Assembly: GCF_009914755.1 (NCBI RefSeq)
Contig: NC_060941.1
Strand: one strand, 5' to 3'
Length of the DNA: 64,000 nt
From: the human T2T-CHM13v2.0 reference genome, Homo sapiens
The notes under the pieces were generated by a model. It did not search any database. It was not told the DNA's origin and worked only from the letters and a program-made list of their open reading frames with translations. The position numbers and the translations under genes were made by a program. Within the stretch, counting starts at the first letter, position 1. Each line of letters begins with the position of its first letter. This document shows positions 47,270-61,181 of this stretch, piece by piece.

Positions 47270-48490
47270 ATAAAGATCCAGGCTTTGGAGATCGGCCTAC
47301 CTGGGCTCAAACCTGGCTGATGGCCCGTATGTCATTTGATTTCTGGGGCTTAGTGTCCTCATGTAGAAAGTAGAACAGCCAATCTACCTCACAGGGACAT
47401 ACACACAGATTAAGCACCCTCAGTTAGTTGCCTTGCAGAGAGGAGGCACTTGGAAGTTGTCACAATTTTTACTGTTACCAAGTATTGACAGTGCTTTCCC
47501 ATGCCTTATCTGCTTGTCTCTTCACAGTGTGAGATAAGGCTCATTATCCCATTTCATTCCTGAAGAAACAGAGGCTCAGAGAAATTAAGTAACTTGGCCA
47601 CTTGGGAGAGACACGTCTTTCTCTACCTACAATTGGAGGGGCTTGATCAGGATGTATGTGTGTTTTCTAAGAAGGAGGAGGAACAGTCCCTTATAACTTC
47701 TAGAAGTCCCCCTGACAGTCCTGTGACTCATCAAAAATCATAATCACTCACCTTGAGATAGCGGTTGCCAGGGCCGCTTACTGTGTATTAACTCATGTAA
47801 CCCACACAATGAGTTTGTGAGGTAGAAACACAATTATCCCTGTTTTACAGATGAGAAGACTGAAGCACAGGGAGGCTAAATAACTCTCCCAAAGGTCACG
47901 TGGTTCGTAGGTGGTAGAATTGGGCTTCAAGCCTGGAAAGTCAGTCTCCACAGTCCTCATTTTGATCTATCATTTGTCCTTCCTCTTAAAGATCCAGTTG
48001 TGCCCCACACTCACTTTTGCCCCTCAAAGTCTTCTAAACTGAATCCCACATTTGTCTCTAAGAGCTGTCCTCTCTGTACCCAAGGGACCATTCTTCCCGA
48101 CGTCAGGCTGCAGAGTGGAATGGAAATCCCTCCATCCCCAACCTCACTGTGCACCCCCACATCAAGGCAGGAGATTACCCCATCATCTTGCTCTCTAGCT
48201 CATGCCTTCCACTCTAGCTCACCACTTCCAATCAAATAGCAAGTGTTCACCAAGCAGCCGTTTATACTCCTGGACCTGGTTGGAGAACTGAGGGCTTCAA
48301 AGAGGAAATTATTTTAACTCCATACTTTTGTACAACAAAGCTTGAAGCAGTAGAAAGAGCACAAGCTTTGGAGACAGGCAGATCTGAGTTCTGATTTTGG
48401 CACTGGCAGTCACTAGCTGGGGTCCCTTGGGCATGTGGCTGAACATCTCTGTGGCTCAATTTTCTCAACTATAAAATGGAGACATAGTTC
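47270..48490. mobile_element. Cluster of MIR fragments (47270-47460 +, 47480-47600 -, 47750-47960 -, 48345-48490 +)
   Basis: Repeated MIR cores, e.g. CCCTGTTTTACAGATGAGAAGACTGAAGCACAG and CTCAATTTTCTCAACTATAAAATGG. Confidence 0.7.
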
Positions 48491-48494
48491 CCCC

Positions 48495-48800
48495 TAAGAT
48501 CAGAAAAAGGGCAAGTATGTCTGCTCTTATCACTCCTATTTCACACTGACCTGGAGATCCTGCCCAGTGCAATAAGACAAGAAAAAGAAATAAAAGACAT
48601 ACAGATTGGAAAGGAAAAATAGAAACCATCTTTATTCACAGACAACATGATTGTCTTCATAGAAAACTCTAAGAATCAATCAAAAATAAAACTAGAAGTA
48701 TTAAGTTCAGTAAAATTTCATAATAGGTCAATATTCAAAAATAAATTATATCTCTACATGCTGATAATAAACAATTGGAAGTTGAAATTAAAATAAGAAC
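48495..48800 (+). mobile_element. Old L1M internal ORF2 (reverse transcriptase) fragment
   Basis: GCAATAAGACAAGAAAAAGAAATAAAAGACATACAGATTGGAAAGGAA...TTATTCACAGACAACATGATTGT, a degenerate AIRQEKEIK...LFADDMI region. Confidence 0.85.
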
Positions 48801-49896
48801 ATTAATCCCACCTCACAAGATTCCTAGAAGGAGTCAAATGAAGTAATATTTATCTAGAAGTATTGTGCTTGTGTGCTTCCTGATAAGCTTTCTTGAGAGG
48901 GGAAGAAAGAAAGGCTGAAAGAGAATCACACCCAACACCCATCCCCTCCTGTCTGCACCAAAACCACAGAGAGGGAGTATTTCTGATACATCCTCAATGG
49001 TTGTGCCTATTAAAAATCTTAGGGCTTTATTTATCCACAATTTGGGAGAGGCGGGACCTGGGGAGATGGTTCATCAAAATCTGGGGCTCCCTGGGGAACA
49101 AGTTGTCATGAACACATGAGCATTGTCCACCATGGTGGTCTGCCCAGAGAGGGACAGAGAGCCACAGCCTGTGTGCACTCCTCCTCCTGTCCCTCCACCT
49201 GCTCTTTTGTCTCATCTTTGTATTATTCTGCATACCTGCTGAGCTGGGCCCAAAATGTACAATGCAACCTGAACAAATCTTAGGCCATTTGAAGCCTGGG
49301 TCACATCCAGAAGAAACCCTGATAGTCTCCAAAAGCATTGATTGGCAATGAAGCCTTTGCAAAACTCCCAAACAAGCGGCAAGGTGGGAAAAGCAACTAT
49401 GTCGTACAACAGACAGAAACTCTCTCCAAATCCTCTTCAGGCCTGCCTTTCCCCAAAGTGCCATAGGTCACTACACTCCCCCACCCCCTTTTTTCTTTTT
49501 CCTTTTTCTCTCCTAAAACTCCAGCTCTGCTCTCTCTTGCCTCCACCTCTAGTTGACTGGATCGATTCTATTCTGATCCAGCTTTTGCTGCTAACTTTAT
49601 GCTCTTTCTTCAGTGAAGCATCTTCCACTTTGTATCACCTTGATCAGCTCAGATGTGGGAACATGGCAGGAGAAGAAAGGCTGTAAATATTCACATCTTA
49701 ATATTTTTGTTCCTGCTTCATCAGAAGCCTTCAAGTGGCTCACAGCCTTGTAGGAGGAGGACAAGTATAGATGGCTACACCACACCACAGTGACATTCTC
49801 CTCAAGGCTGGTCTGAAGCACTATAGATGCAAAGTGGAGGTTCAATTCCTGCAGCAGGTGGGCATCAGGAGGAGGCAACTTTGAACTGGGGCTTGA

Positions 49897-50284
<388 letters not shown>

Positions 50285-50713
50285 CAGTATCTTCTTTACT
50301 ACCCACCCTCCCACCAATAGTCTTGCGAGGTGGGTATACATGAATATTCCCATTTTACTGAATTGGAGACTGAGGCCCAAGAGGAAATGAACTCGTCAAG
50401 GTCACCCAGAGAATAGTTGGAGCTGGTAGGACTTGAATTCTGGACTCTGTGGCTTCAAAGCCCTTTTGGTGGGCAGGTGAAGGGAGAGGAGAGAGAACTT
50501 CAAACAGCCTCTGTGGTGGGAGGGTGGGGGTGGAGTGAGGAGGCTCTGGTCACCGGGACATACAGGTGAGACCAGTGAGGTGCAGTCAGTGTGTACAGCA
50601 CGTCATCATTTGTGGCAGAGGCAGGAAAGACTATACATATTTGTTTATTCTTGGATATAAGGTCTCTGGAAGGACACCCAAGAATCTGGGGACATTGGTT
50701 CCCCTTGGGATAG

Positions 50714-51402
<689 letters not shown>

Positions 51403-52299
51403 ACTTTTTGAAATTTGAATCATGTGAATGTGCTACGTATTCAAAAAAAATAAACTAAATTGTTCTTAAAAGAAAGTAAATTTAAAAATAAACATTACAC
51501 AGTCACATTAAAATCCAAACTAAAACAGTCCCCAGCCTCTGACCATGTACTGGAGGGTCACCTGGAGTCTCGGCGGTAGCCCCCGTTGGGGCCTGGTTCC
51601 GCTGCAGAAGGGATATGTGTGGCGTCTAAGTCAGCGGCAGGGCCCTCGGCTGGCTGCCACCAGGGCCCGCTCCCCCTCCAGTATGATGGGTGAGGGGTTG
51701 TCAGACGGAGGAGCAGTGGGGGCTGCAGGAGAGACGTCCGAGATGGGACGGGACATTTGGGCAGTTGGGGCCGATTTGTCGCCATTTTCACGGGCAGACT
51801 TGTGAATTAAGTGGCATGAAATTGAGCACAGACCAGGCTCCCCCCCAGAGACGGGGCAGCCCCCGCCCAGGAGGGGAGAAGGCAAGGGGGCGGGAGCGGG
51901 AGGGGTGGCCCCGCTCCACGCTCAGCTGCTTCTGGGTGCAGATGGAGACAGAATGGAAGGGGGAGGGGCTCAGCTCTTCCTCCCGGGCCCCTCCTCACCC
52001 TCAGCTCTCCTCCGACAAGCAGAGGGCCTGCCGGACCCCAGCGATGGGCTAGCCTGGACTGGCTCACTTGTGCCCAAGCACCCCTAGGAGTCAAGGCTGG
52101 GGTGGCAGCCCGACCAGACACCCATTCAGGGGGCCCCTCAGCATCTCTCTGCTTATCTCTGCGTCTCTCTGCTGCCATTTTTGCTCAGTACTGAGAAATG
52201 ACGACTAAAGGGAAGCAGGGCCTGACGCTGCTTCTCTGGATGGATAGAGAAGCTTTTGTGCCAGGAAGAGTTGGAGGCGGCAAAGCCTCCAGTGGGAGA

Positions 52300-52840
52300 T
52301 ACGAGGCTCGTGGGTTGCGGTTTGGGTTCTAACCGGGTGGCTTTGAGTGAGTTCCTTATCCTTTCCTCAGCCTCCATCTCCTTATCTGTAATAATAATGA
52401 TAGCAACCCTGGGCCTGGTGTTGTTCTAAGTGTCTTGTGTACTCTGCAGCAATTCATTCCATCGTGATAATACCTTATCCGGCAGCACTGTTATCAGTTA
52501 CTCCCCCGTTTTACAGATGAGAAAACAGATCATCCGGCCAGTGAGTGGTGAAAATGGGATTTTTGTTTAACACGCTGTCACCTCGGGGAGTCGAGGGGAA
52601 GATTAAATGAGATAATGAACATGTATAGTTTACCCACGATGCGTGTGTAACAAATGAGAGCTGCTGTCATCACTGCTCTGTCTGCCTCTCGGCAGGGGAC
52701 AGGTAGCTCAAATGCAAAGTGTTTTCAGATCACCCAGTTTACATTTCATGGACTTGACAGACGGAAGACGAAGGCCCAGGGAAGAAAAGTGACTTGCACA
52801 AGGTCACTTGAGCTGGGCTAGGACTGAACAGACAGCTCAG
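52300..52840. mobile_element. MIR fragments of mixed orientation
   Basis: CTCAGCCTCCATCTCCTTATCTGTAATAAT; CCCCGTTTTACAGATGAGAAAACAG; AAGATTAAATGAGATAATG. Confidence 0.7.
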
Positions 52841-53699
52841 TGACCTGAGTCCTTGCTCTCCAGGCCCCTAAGGACATCTCGGGGCTCTGCAGATGGGCGA
52901 GGGCCTACTTTACTTGTCCACGAGGAGAGGCACAGCCTGGAATTTCAATTATCCTGGGCACCGCAGGCTCCGAGTTCCTCCCCGGACGGGCGTGGGACCT
53001 AGCCCTAGCCTGGGTGGGGACGACGAGAGAAGACAGCCTTGGTCTGCCAACCTGGGCACCTCCCGCTGGACAGAGCTTTGTCCCACAATTAAGAAGGATG
53101 TGTTTGCCTCAGCGCCAGGCCCAAAGAGCCCACAAAAGCCACAAGGAGTCCTGCAGGTGGCCAGGGGGAGGTCAGGCCCCATGGTGCTTAATAGGACCTA
53201 ATCTCCGCCAGTGTTGTCGGAAATGAAAATGAAAAACAGCCGCGATTTTGTGGTTTAAAAATTAGCATGTGTGCCTACATCGTAAGCCCCTGGCCTGCAT
53301 TACCATACAGATTCATCCCAGGCCCAGCACGCGGCCAAAATATGTAATTACACACAGGCTCGGGGTAGAAAAGTTGCTCTCCTCATTGCTATCTATATAA
53401 TATGGATTTTAAAAAATGAGAGCTAGGTCTGAAATGTTGTGAGGGACTTACTTCATGAGGTATGCTGCCCATGGCATTTGAGGAGAGGGAAGGTCTCACC
53501 CCCTCAGCAGTATGTGATGTGGGGGGCACATGGATATGCCAAGTTCAGAGCTATCTCCCCGGACTGGGGGAAGAGAACAAGGAAGGGAAAGCCTTGCTAT
53601 GAAGGATGGTGCTCTCTATGTCTGGGTCCCATTCAGTGCTCTCATTTGCACAGAAAGCCTGAAAAGTAGGTATCCTTGTCTTCACTTGAAAGATGAAGA

Positions 53700-53947
53700 C
53701 ACTTTGGGAGGCTGACGTGGTTGGATCACTTGAGGCCAGGAGTTCAAGACTAGCCTGGCCAACATGGTGAAACCCCGTCTCTACTAAAAATACAAAAATT
53801 ATCTGGGCGTGGTGGTGCACACCTGTAATCCCAGCTACTCAGGAGGCTGAGGCACAAGAATTGCTTGAACCTGGGAGACAGAGTTTGCAGTGAGCAGAGA
53901 TCAAGCCACTGCACTCCATCATAGGTGACAAATTGAGACTCTGTCTC
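53700..53947 (+). mobile_element. 5'-truncated AluS (Sz-like)
   Basis: Begins at CACTTTGGGAGGCTGA. Confidence 0.93.
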
Positions 53948-53949
53948 GA

Positions 53950-53993
<44 letters not shown>

Positions 53994-54140
53994 AAAGAAA
54001 GAAAAGAAAAGAAAGGAAGAAAGAAAGAGAAAGAGAAAGAAAAAAGAAAAGAGAAAGAGAAAAAAGAAAGAAAAGGAAGGAAGGAAGGCAGAAAAGGAAG
54101 GAAGGAAGGAGAAAGAGAGAGAGAAAGAAAGAAGAGGAAA
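53948..54140 (+). repeat. (GAAA)n/(GGAA)n polypurine microsatellite from the Alu tail
   Basis: About 10 perfect GAAA units followed by degenerate purine repeats. Confidence 0.95.
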
Positions 54141-54289
54141 GTGAGGCTGGCAAGTGGCAAAGCTCAAAATTCAAACTCATGACTCCAAAGACTGTGCACT
54201 TTCCAATATGGCTCCCAACTTCAACTCATGAACAGAGACCTTAGTTGAAGTCAGTAGGGGAGGCTGAAGGGAGTGATAGATGCGGGAGG

Positions 54290-54950
54290 TATGTATCAGT
54301 GTTCAAATATGAAGACTGAAGAGAATTGGGGTCTTCACATAGGGATCAATGGTAGGAAAGAAAAGAAAAACAGAGTTCCCAACCATTAGCACAAAACTGA
54401 CACACAGTAGCTATAAGAAATGAATGATTGGTGGAATGAATGAACTGAAGCCCTAAAATAAAAATCAGCATCCTTGTTCCCGGCTGGGTGGGGGATAATG
54501 CCCAGATACTGAGAGAGAGGAATAAATCAATGTCCCAATGCGGGATCAATGTCCCAATCCAGAGTTGGACAGGAAAGGGAGTTCCAGTGTAGAAATCAAT
54601 ACCCCAGTGAAGATTTGGTTGAGGCCATCAGCATCTCATATGGGGATCAATGTCCCAATGGAGAGTTGGTTGAGAGGAATTGATGCCCCCCACCATACAG
54701 ATGGATAAGAAAGTCAACATCCCAATGTAGAGATCAATGCCCCAATTCAGAGTTGGTTAAGGAAAATCGGTGTCCCGATGTAGGGAGCACTGTCCAAATA
54801 TCCGGATCAATGGCAGTCAATGATATACAAAAGTGGTGGTAACAATGTTCCAATGTGATATCAATGATAGCCAAAGTCCCACTATAGAAATGGATGGGAG
54901 TTCATGTCCCAGTGTAGACACCAGCTTGCCAATATGAAGATCAATAGGAC
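54290..54950 (+). repeat. Degenerate tandem array, core ATCAATGTCCCAATG
   Basis: ATCAAT at 54345, 54526, 54545, 54595, 54646, 54733, 54806, 54860, 54940; AGAGTTGG recurs after the cores. Confidence 0.8.
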
Positions 54951-57900
54951 ACCTATTTGTGACTTCTAGGCTTCCCTTGGAGCTTTTCTACTATTTGCTC
55001 TAAAGGGGTGACAGTTCCCAGGGTCCCTACTCTGGCTAAGTCCTCCACTGCAGAAAATTTGGGCATCTGCCCCAACACACCCCAGCCTGGTTATCCACAG
55101 TAGTTCCTCTTGGAGTTCCCCTTGGACTTCTGTAGCCAATCTCCAGAGACAGCTTGCAAATGAGTCCAAAAGATCCCAGCAGCCTGGAAGAGGCTACTTA
55201 CTTTCCAGGGATTATTTCCTGCAGGGAGACCAGGCCTCTGGCTCTTCCAGACTCAGCCCAAACCAGTAGCAAGTGAGATATAGTCACAACCAGTCACGTT
55301 CTCACTCCTTGGCTTGATATGTGTCTAAAATCCACAGTTATCCATGTTACTATTGCATCTGTCATTTGAGTGATTGCTTCCCCACATTTTACAGCTGAGA
55401 AAAGCAAGGCCCAGAAGAGTAAGTAGGTGGCCGCAGAGAAGTGGCAGAGATGAAACTAGAAGCCTGATCCCCACCTGCCAGCTCAGCCCTTTTCCAGCTG
55501 ATCTAGGTTGATGTGGCAGAACACACCCCACCCCCAGCCTAAGTGGGTTCTGGGAGTGTGTCACGCAGTTTAGGCAGACAGGTTCAAGGGATCTCTCCCC
55601 CAAACCTTCACTTTCCTGCATCTTTCCCATCACTGCTCAAATTCCCCAAAGTTGGGAGACAAGAAAAAGGCCCCTGTTGCTCTCCAGGGTTGGCGATGGA
55701 GTTGAGGGGTGAGATGACTAAAGCCTCCCAGCTTCAGCTGCCCCAGGGGCTTAAGGGGAGGGTGTGATTTTTCTCTTGCTCAGACAAAGCCTGGGGCTGT
55801 GGCATCTGTCGCTGACTCTTGTGTCTTGCAGCTGCTCCGACAGTCAGACCCAAGGCAGGTGCCAGTTTGGGGAGGGAGGGGCATGAGCGCCCTCAACATG
55901 CACTCAAACTCCACTTCTTCCCCTCACCCTCACGTGTAAATGCAGTGTCTCCTGCCACCCTTCCCCACCCCAACAAGCCCACCTTGTCCCTCCAAGACCT
56001 AGGGTTTGGGGGATGAGACCCACATTCCCCATGACTCTACTACCCCTTCCCCAAGCGCTTGTCCTGCCGAGTTCCGCTGCCATCACACTTGAGCACCTTT
56101 GCCCAGCCAAGGAGGAGCTGGGGGGAGGGGCTGTCTGGCAGGAGATAGGGGACCCTTGTGCCTGATGGGATGTCTCTTTACTCAAGCTTCTCTTCTGGGA
56201 CCAGAGAGTTTTCTGCAGGCCTCCTGAGAGGCTGGAGCCTCCAGTTCTTCACCCTGGGAAGGGGAGAGGCTCATCACAGAGATGAGCAAAACACTGCTGG
56301 AAGGGGAGAGAGAGAGCCTGGGGTATTGTCAGACTAGGTGCGTGTGTGAGAGAACATGAGAACACATTCCCCCCCACACAGGGATATTCATGCACAGTTT
56401 TGCAGACATACATGCATACATGTGCACGCGTGCACACACACACTGTCATGAAGCCAAGAGACATGAGACAAGTTGGAAAAGTGTTTCAAATACCCAATCA
56501 GCACTCTGTGTTCTCCATCTTTTCAAAAATATTTATTTATTCACGTATTTATTAAAATCACATTACAACCCCATCCCCACTTTCTTTTCAATGTGTAAAG
56601 AGAAGCTTAAGGCAAAAAAAAAATTTTAATTAAAAAGAAATGCAAAATTTTCATTTAAAAAGAAAAAAGAAAATGTCTAAGGCAGCTGAGGCTCCTCCAT
56701 TCAGGCGACTAATTGTAAAGATCATACACGTATTTTCCTTTTAATTCTGTGAGCAGGGAGAATATGGTCAGGGCAGCAGTGGAGCCAGGAGGAGGAAGAT
56801 GAGGGTGGTGGTGAGAATGTCCCTATTAAGACGACGATACAGGGGAAAAAGAATATTTCTGTGCAAGCTGCTTGATGGGGAAAAACGTAAATTTTATACA
56901 AAGATGCTCCCGAGCCCCCTTCCCAGTGCAAGCCTCTAGACTTCTTGCTCCCACTCCCAAACTCCCAGCCGCCTCCCTCCTCCTCCCTGCCTGTCCCAGG
57001 CCTCTTCTTCCCTCCCTCCCCTGCAGCCCTCACCCCTCCCCAGGGCCCCCTCCTCAGATGCAATCCCCCTGCTGTAATTTCTGGGGGAATTGCTTCATCT
57101 CGGGTGCAGATATATTTGTGTCAAGGTGCAGCTGCACAGATAGCCTTCCTCTATGCATAGTAAGAGGGTTTCAGAGAGAGAGGTTGTGCCCAGAGCAAGG
57201 CCTTATCAGAGCAAGCTGCCTGCCATTTATCTGACTCCCCATCAAATAGGAAAACGGGCCTCAGGCTGCTGCTTCCACTTTCCTTGGGAAAGCCATGGGG
57301 GGAATAATAATTTACTCCAATCTTTTTGTTTCCAGCGCTCACCTTCAGCCTGACACAGCCCCTCTGCCACTCCCCACTTCCAGCAATGCCAGCCTGGGGG
57401 TACAAGGTTGAGCCCCAGCCCCCAAGGGCCCACCCCAGGGACACCCCCAGAAATGCCCTTGCTGGTTGAGTGGACCTTCATAATGGATTGGCATGAGCTG
57501 GAGAAGATCCCCTTTGGCATCAGGGATTGTAGGCACAGGAGAAAGGAGGCAGAGACCCGGTGGGGAGCTGGGGAGGCTTGGCCTGGCTGCAGGGGGCCTG
57601 GCTTCCTTCCCAGCCCCCACACATATGCAGATCCCCCACAAACTCTCACTGTGTGCGTGTGTATGTGTGTGTGCTCACACGCCCAGATGCACATGCAGTC
57701 CCTGTATGAGGACCTATCGGTACCTTTATCTGTGTGTCTGTCCATCTGTCTGTCTGTCTGTGTCTGGGGAGGAGATGAATGGGGGACTGGGGGCGGTTTC
57801 TGTTCTGTGTCACAGACTCTGACCTCTCATCTCAGTTCACAATCCCAACAGCCATGAGCAAGTCCAAGACAGGATGACAGGGACTGTCTGAAAGGGAGTG

Positions 57901-58059
57901 AACAGTGGGCGAGGGAGGGGTCCCAGCCGGGCCTGGTGGTGGGTCGTCTTGCCTCACCCTCCCTGGCGAAGGCTGCTCCAGGGAGCAGCAGGCAGCCCAT
58001 CTGGTGCAGGAGCTGCAGAGAGGTGGGCAGCGGGGAGGGGGCTGCTCCCCACAGGCCAG

Positions 58060-58203
58060 CCATAAATCACAGTTATGTGGCCAGGGGGCAGGGGGCAGCC
58101 GTAGCAGCACACACAGGACGAGGCAGAGAGGCCAGGGTCAGGTGCAGCTGTAAATTGTCACCTAAATGCTTCCAAGTGAAGGCTAATCAGAGCACGGTGA
58201 CAG
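58060..58203. promoter_or_regulatory. Candidate PBX-HOX plus MEIS composite element
   Basis: CCATAAATCA (58060-58069, reverse complement TGATTTATGG), TGTCA (58156), TGACAG (58198). Confidence 0.4.
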
Positions 58204-59321
58204 AACACACCTGGCCCCACCCTGTCCCAGTGGGCACACTTATGTCTGTGCAAGCACATACACACTCACAGATACAAAACCATGCTGGGACATGTTCTGC
58301 ATACAAAGCTGCACACGCAAAGGTGTCACACCCATACCTGGATACACAAAGACACACGTGTTTGTTAGTGCCATGTGTGCATGTGTTCGGACACACTCCC
58401 AGGCAGCCCTGTACCCATCGTGTTCACTCAGACCCAAGGACACAAAGATCTACCTAATGCCCCTGGGTGGATACGCCCATGCACAGGTGGGCATGGAGAG
58501 TGGAGAGCAGACACTGCCCGATGCCCAGGGCTAGTATGATCTGGAGGGCAAATCCCCCACCGGGAAGACGCAGGAATGAAAAGAGGTAAACGTACTGAGT
58601 GGAACTGGGCCACCCCAGCCCTGGAACCCCAGTGACTATGCTCTCCTCCCAACCTCTCCCTGGCTGGGCCTTCATGCCATTCACCAGCCTTTCTCTAGAA
58701 GGTCATTCCTCAAATGTGAAGAGCTCACACCGCACCCATGGTGGAGTAAGATGGAATTTGGTCTCTCCCTGCACCCGTGTTGGAGTAAGGCTCTTTCATT
58801 CATTCACTGCCATCTACTAGGCATTGTGCGAGGCTCTGGCTATAGAATGCCCCACCCTCAAATGTAAAACCTAGCAGAGAAGAGACAAATGAGCAGATGC
58901 TTACGGCACATGGGGATCCTTGCTGCAAGCGAGGCTAGCCCAGGGCAGTGAGGACATGGCAGAGGGGGACAAGGAAGGCGTTCTGGAGGAAACTATGCCC
59001 AAGCTGAGGCCTGACACGTGGAAGCCAGCCAGGTGGAGAAGCAGAGTGAAAGAGGGAAGTGTGCAACCCTCCCAGAGAATGTCCATGGCAGCAGGTAAGG
59101 AAGGCAAGTGATAGGATGGCCCTTGGCATGTGCTGAGGCACCCCACAAGGCATCCACCTCTGAGCCTTGAAACCAGCAGTGAGACTGCTACACTCCCTTA
59201 CCTGGACCCGTCAGGGGACACCCAGCTTGCATCTCCCAGGGCTTCCCTGGTGACTCTTGTACCCTGTTCTCCATGCAAAGGCAACCTGACCAGAGGGAAA
59301 ACTGATAGCTGGACCCAGCCT

Positions 59322-59335
59322 CCAGCAGATGGCAT
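59322..59335 (+). promoter_or_regulatory. Possible CTCF site
   Basis: CCAGCAGATGGCAT, one mismatch to the CTCF core. Confidence 0.35.
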
Positions 59336-60682
59336 CATCACTGGTGAATGGAACAAGGATCAGGAGCCCTGAGGGGCGCTGAGAACAAAAGCACCGAGCC
59401 CCGTTCCCCAGCCCTCTTCTCTCGGGCCTCCTGGAAGTCTGCGGAGTTTCAGCAAAGCCTTCTCTGATTCATTCTCCATGCAGAGGCTTTTTGAAGGTGC
59501 TCAGGGTAGCTCTGCGAGGTCCATGGAGCACCTGGGATTGAGGGTGATGAGGATGGGTTGAAAAGCAGGACTCTGGGACCCCAGCCTCAGTTCAGCCCTT
59601 CATCCACTTGCCCTATTGGGCTTCCTAACAGGACTGCATTTGAACAAAGGACTCAGTGTGGGAAAAGGGCCAACCCATAGGACAAAGTCCAAAGGCAGCT
59701 TGGCATTCAGCAACCCCCAAACTTCACCCTATCTGCCCTTACTCCTGTGACTCAGCCCAGGGGTCTCTCTACAGCCCTCAACACTCCCCTGCTCCCTCAT
59801 CCCACCAGCCCTCCTATACACACCAGTCCCCTTATCCCTCCCACCCCTGCCCCACCCTGACCCTCTCCCCAAGCCAAACTCCAACTCTTCATTTTCATTT
59901 CCAAACACTCCATGAGTACCTGCAACATACACGCCCTATCTCTTGTAAGTCTCCTCTAGAGAAGTCTGGGAGATGTAGCTTCATTTTACAAATGAGAAAA
60001 CTGAGGCTCGAGAGCTTAAACGATCTGTGACCTTAGGAAAGCTGCAGGAAAGCTCATTCTGGGCCTAACCTAAGCCTCCAAGCACAGAATTGATTCCCCT
60101 CTCTTCCATCCCACCCACAGTGACCATGGAGCAGGGGCTTTTCTCTCCTCATTCTTGCACCAAGGCTTAGAAGAAGGCACAAGTTTCTGGGGGTCAGTGG
60201 TCAGAGGTGAGAAAGAGAAAGAAGAGAACCAAGGCATCCTCAGAAGCAAAGAGTAGGGACACCATCCTGCAAAGCAAATATGAATTATTTCAGAACATTT
60301 TCAAATGAAAAATCCTCTCTTCCTGCCCAGCCCTGTGATGCATTAACTCCTCTTTCCACCCTTCTCACCTGTGTGGAGAGTGGCCAGGCCAGGAGGGCCC
60401 CACCCAGCCCAGAGCTCCCAGGGAATGGGGCTGGAAGTCAGCCCATCGTTTCTTTGGCCTGAACGCCTTTTGGTTTGCTCAAAGTGTCTCCTGATTCCTT
60501 GTCTGCACCCAGGATCAGTGAGCAAGCATTACCGGGAGCCTTTCCTACTCCTAACATTGTGTGTCCCTTCACAGCTTCCAGGGAACCCTCCCTACGCTCC
60601 AGGAAAATGGGCTGTATTCTTCCCATTTTACAGATGGGAGACAGGTTCAAAAGGTTTCAGTGACAAGCCCAGGGTCTGATAA

Positions 60683-61181
<499 letters not shown>

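Noticed and set aside
54290-54950. CRISPR-like repeat-spacer appearance
   Set aside because: Primate context, degenerate repeats, intervening segments similar to each other, and no cas genes; better explained as a decayed minisatellite.
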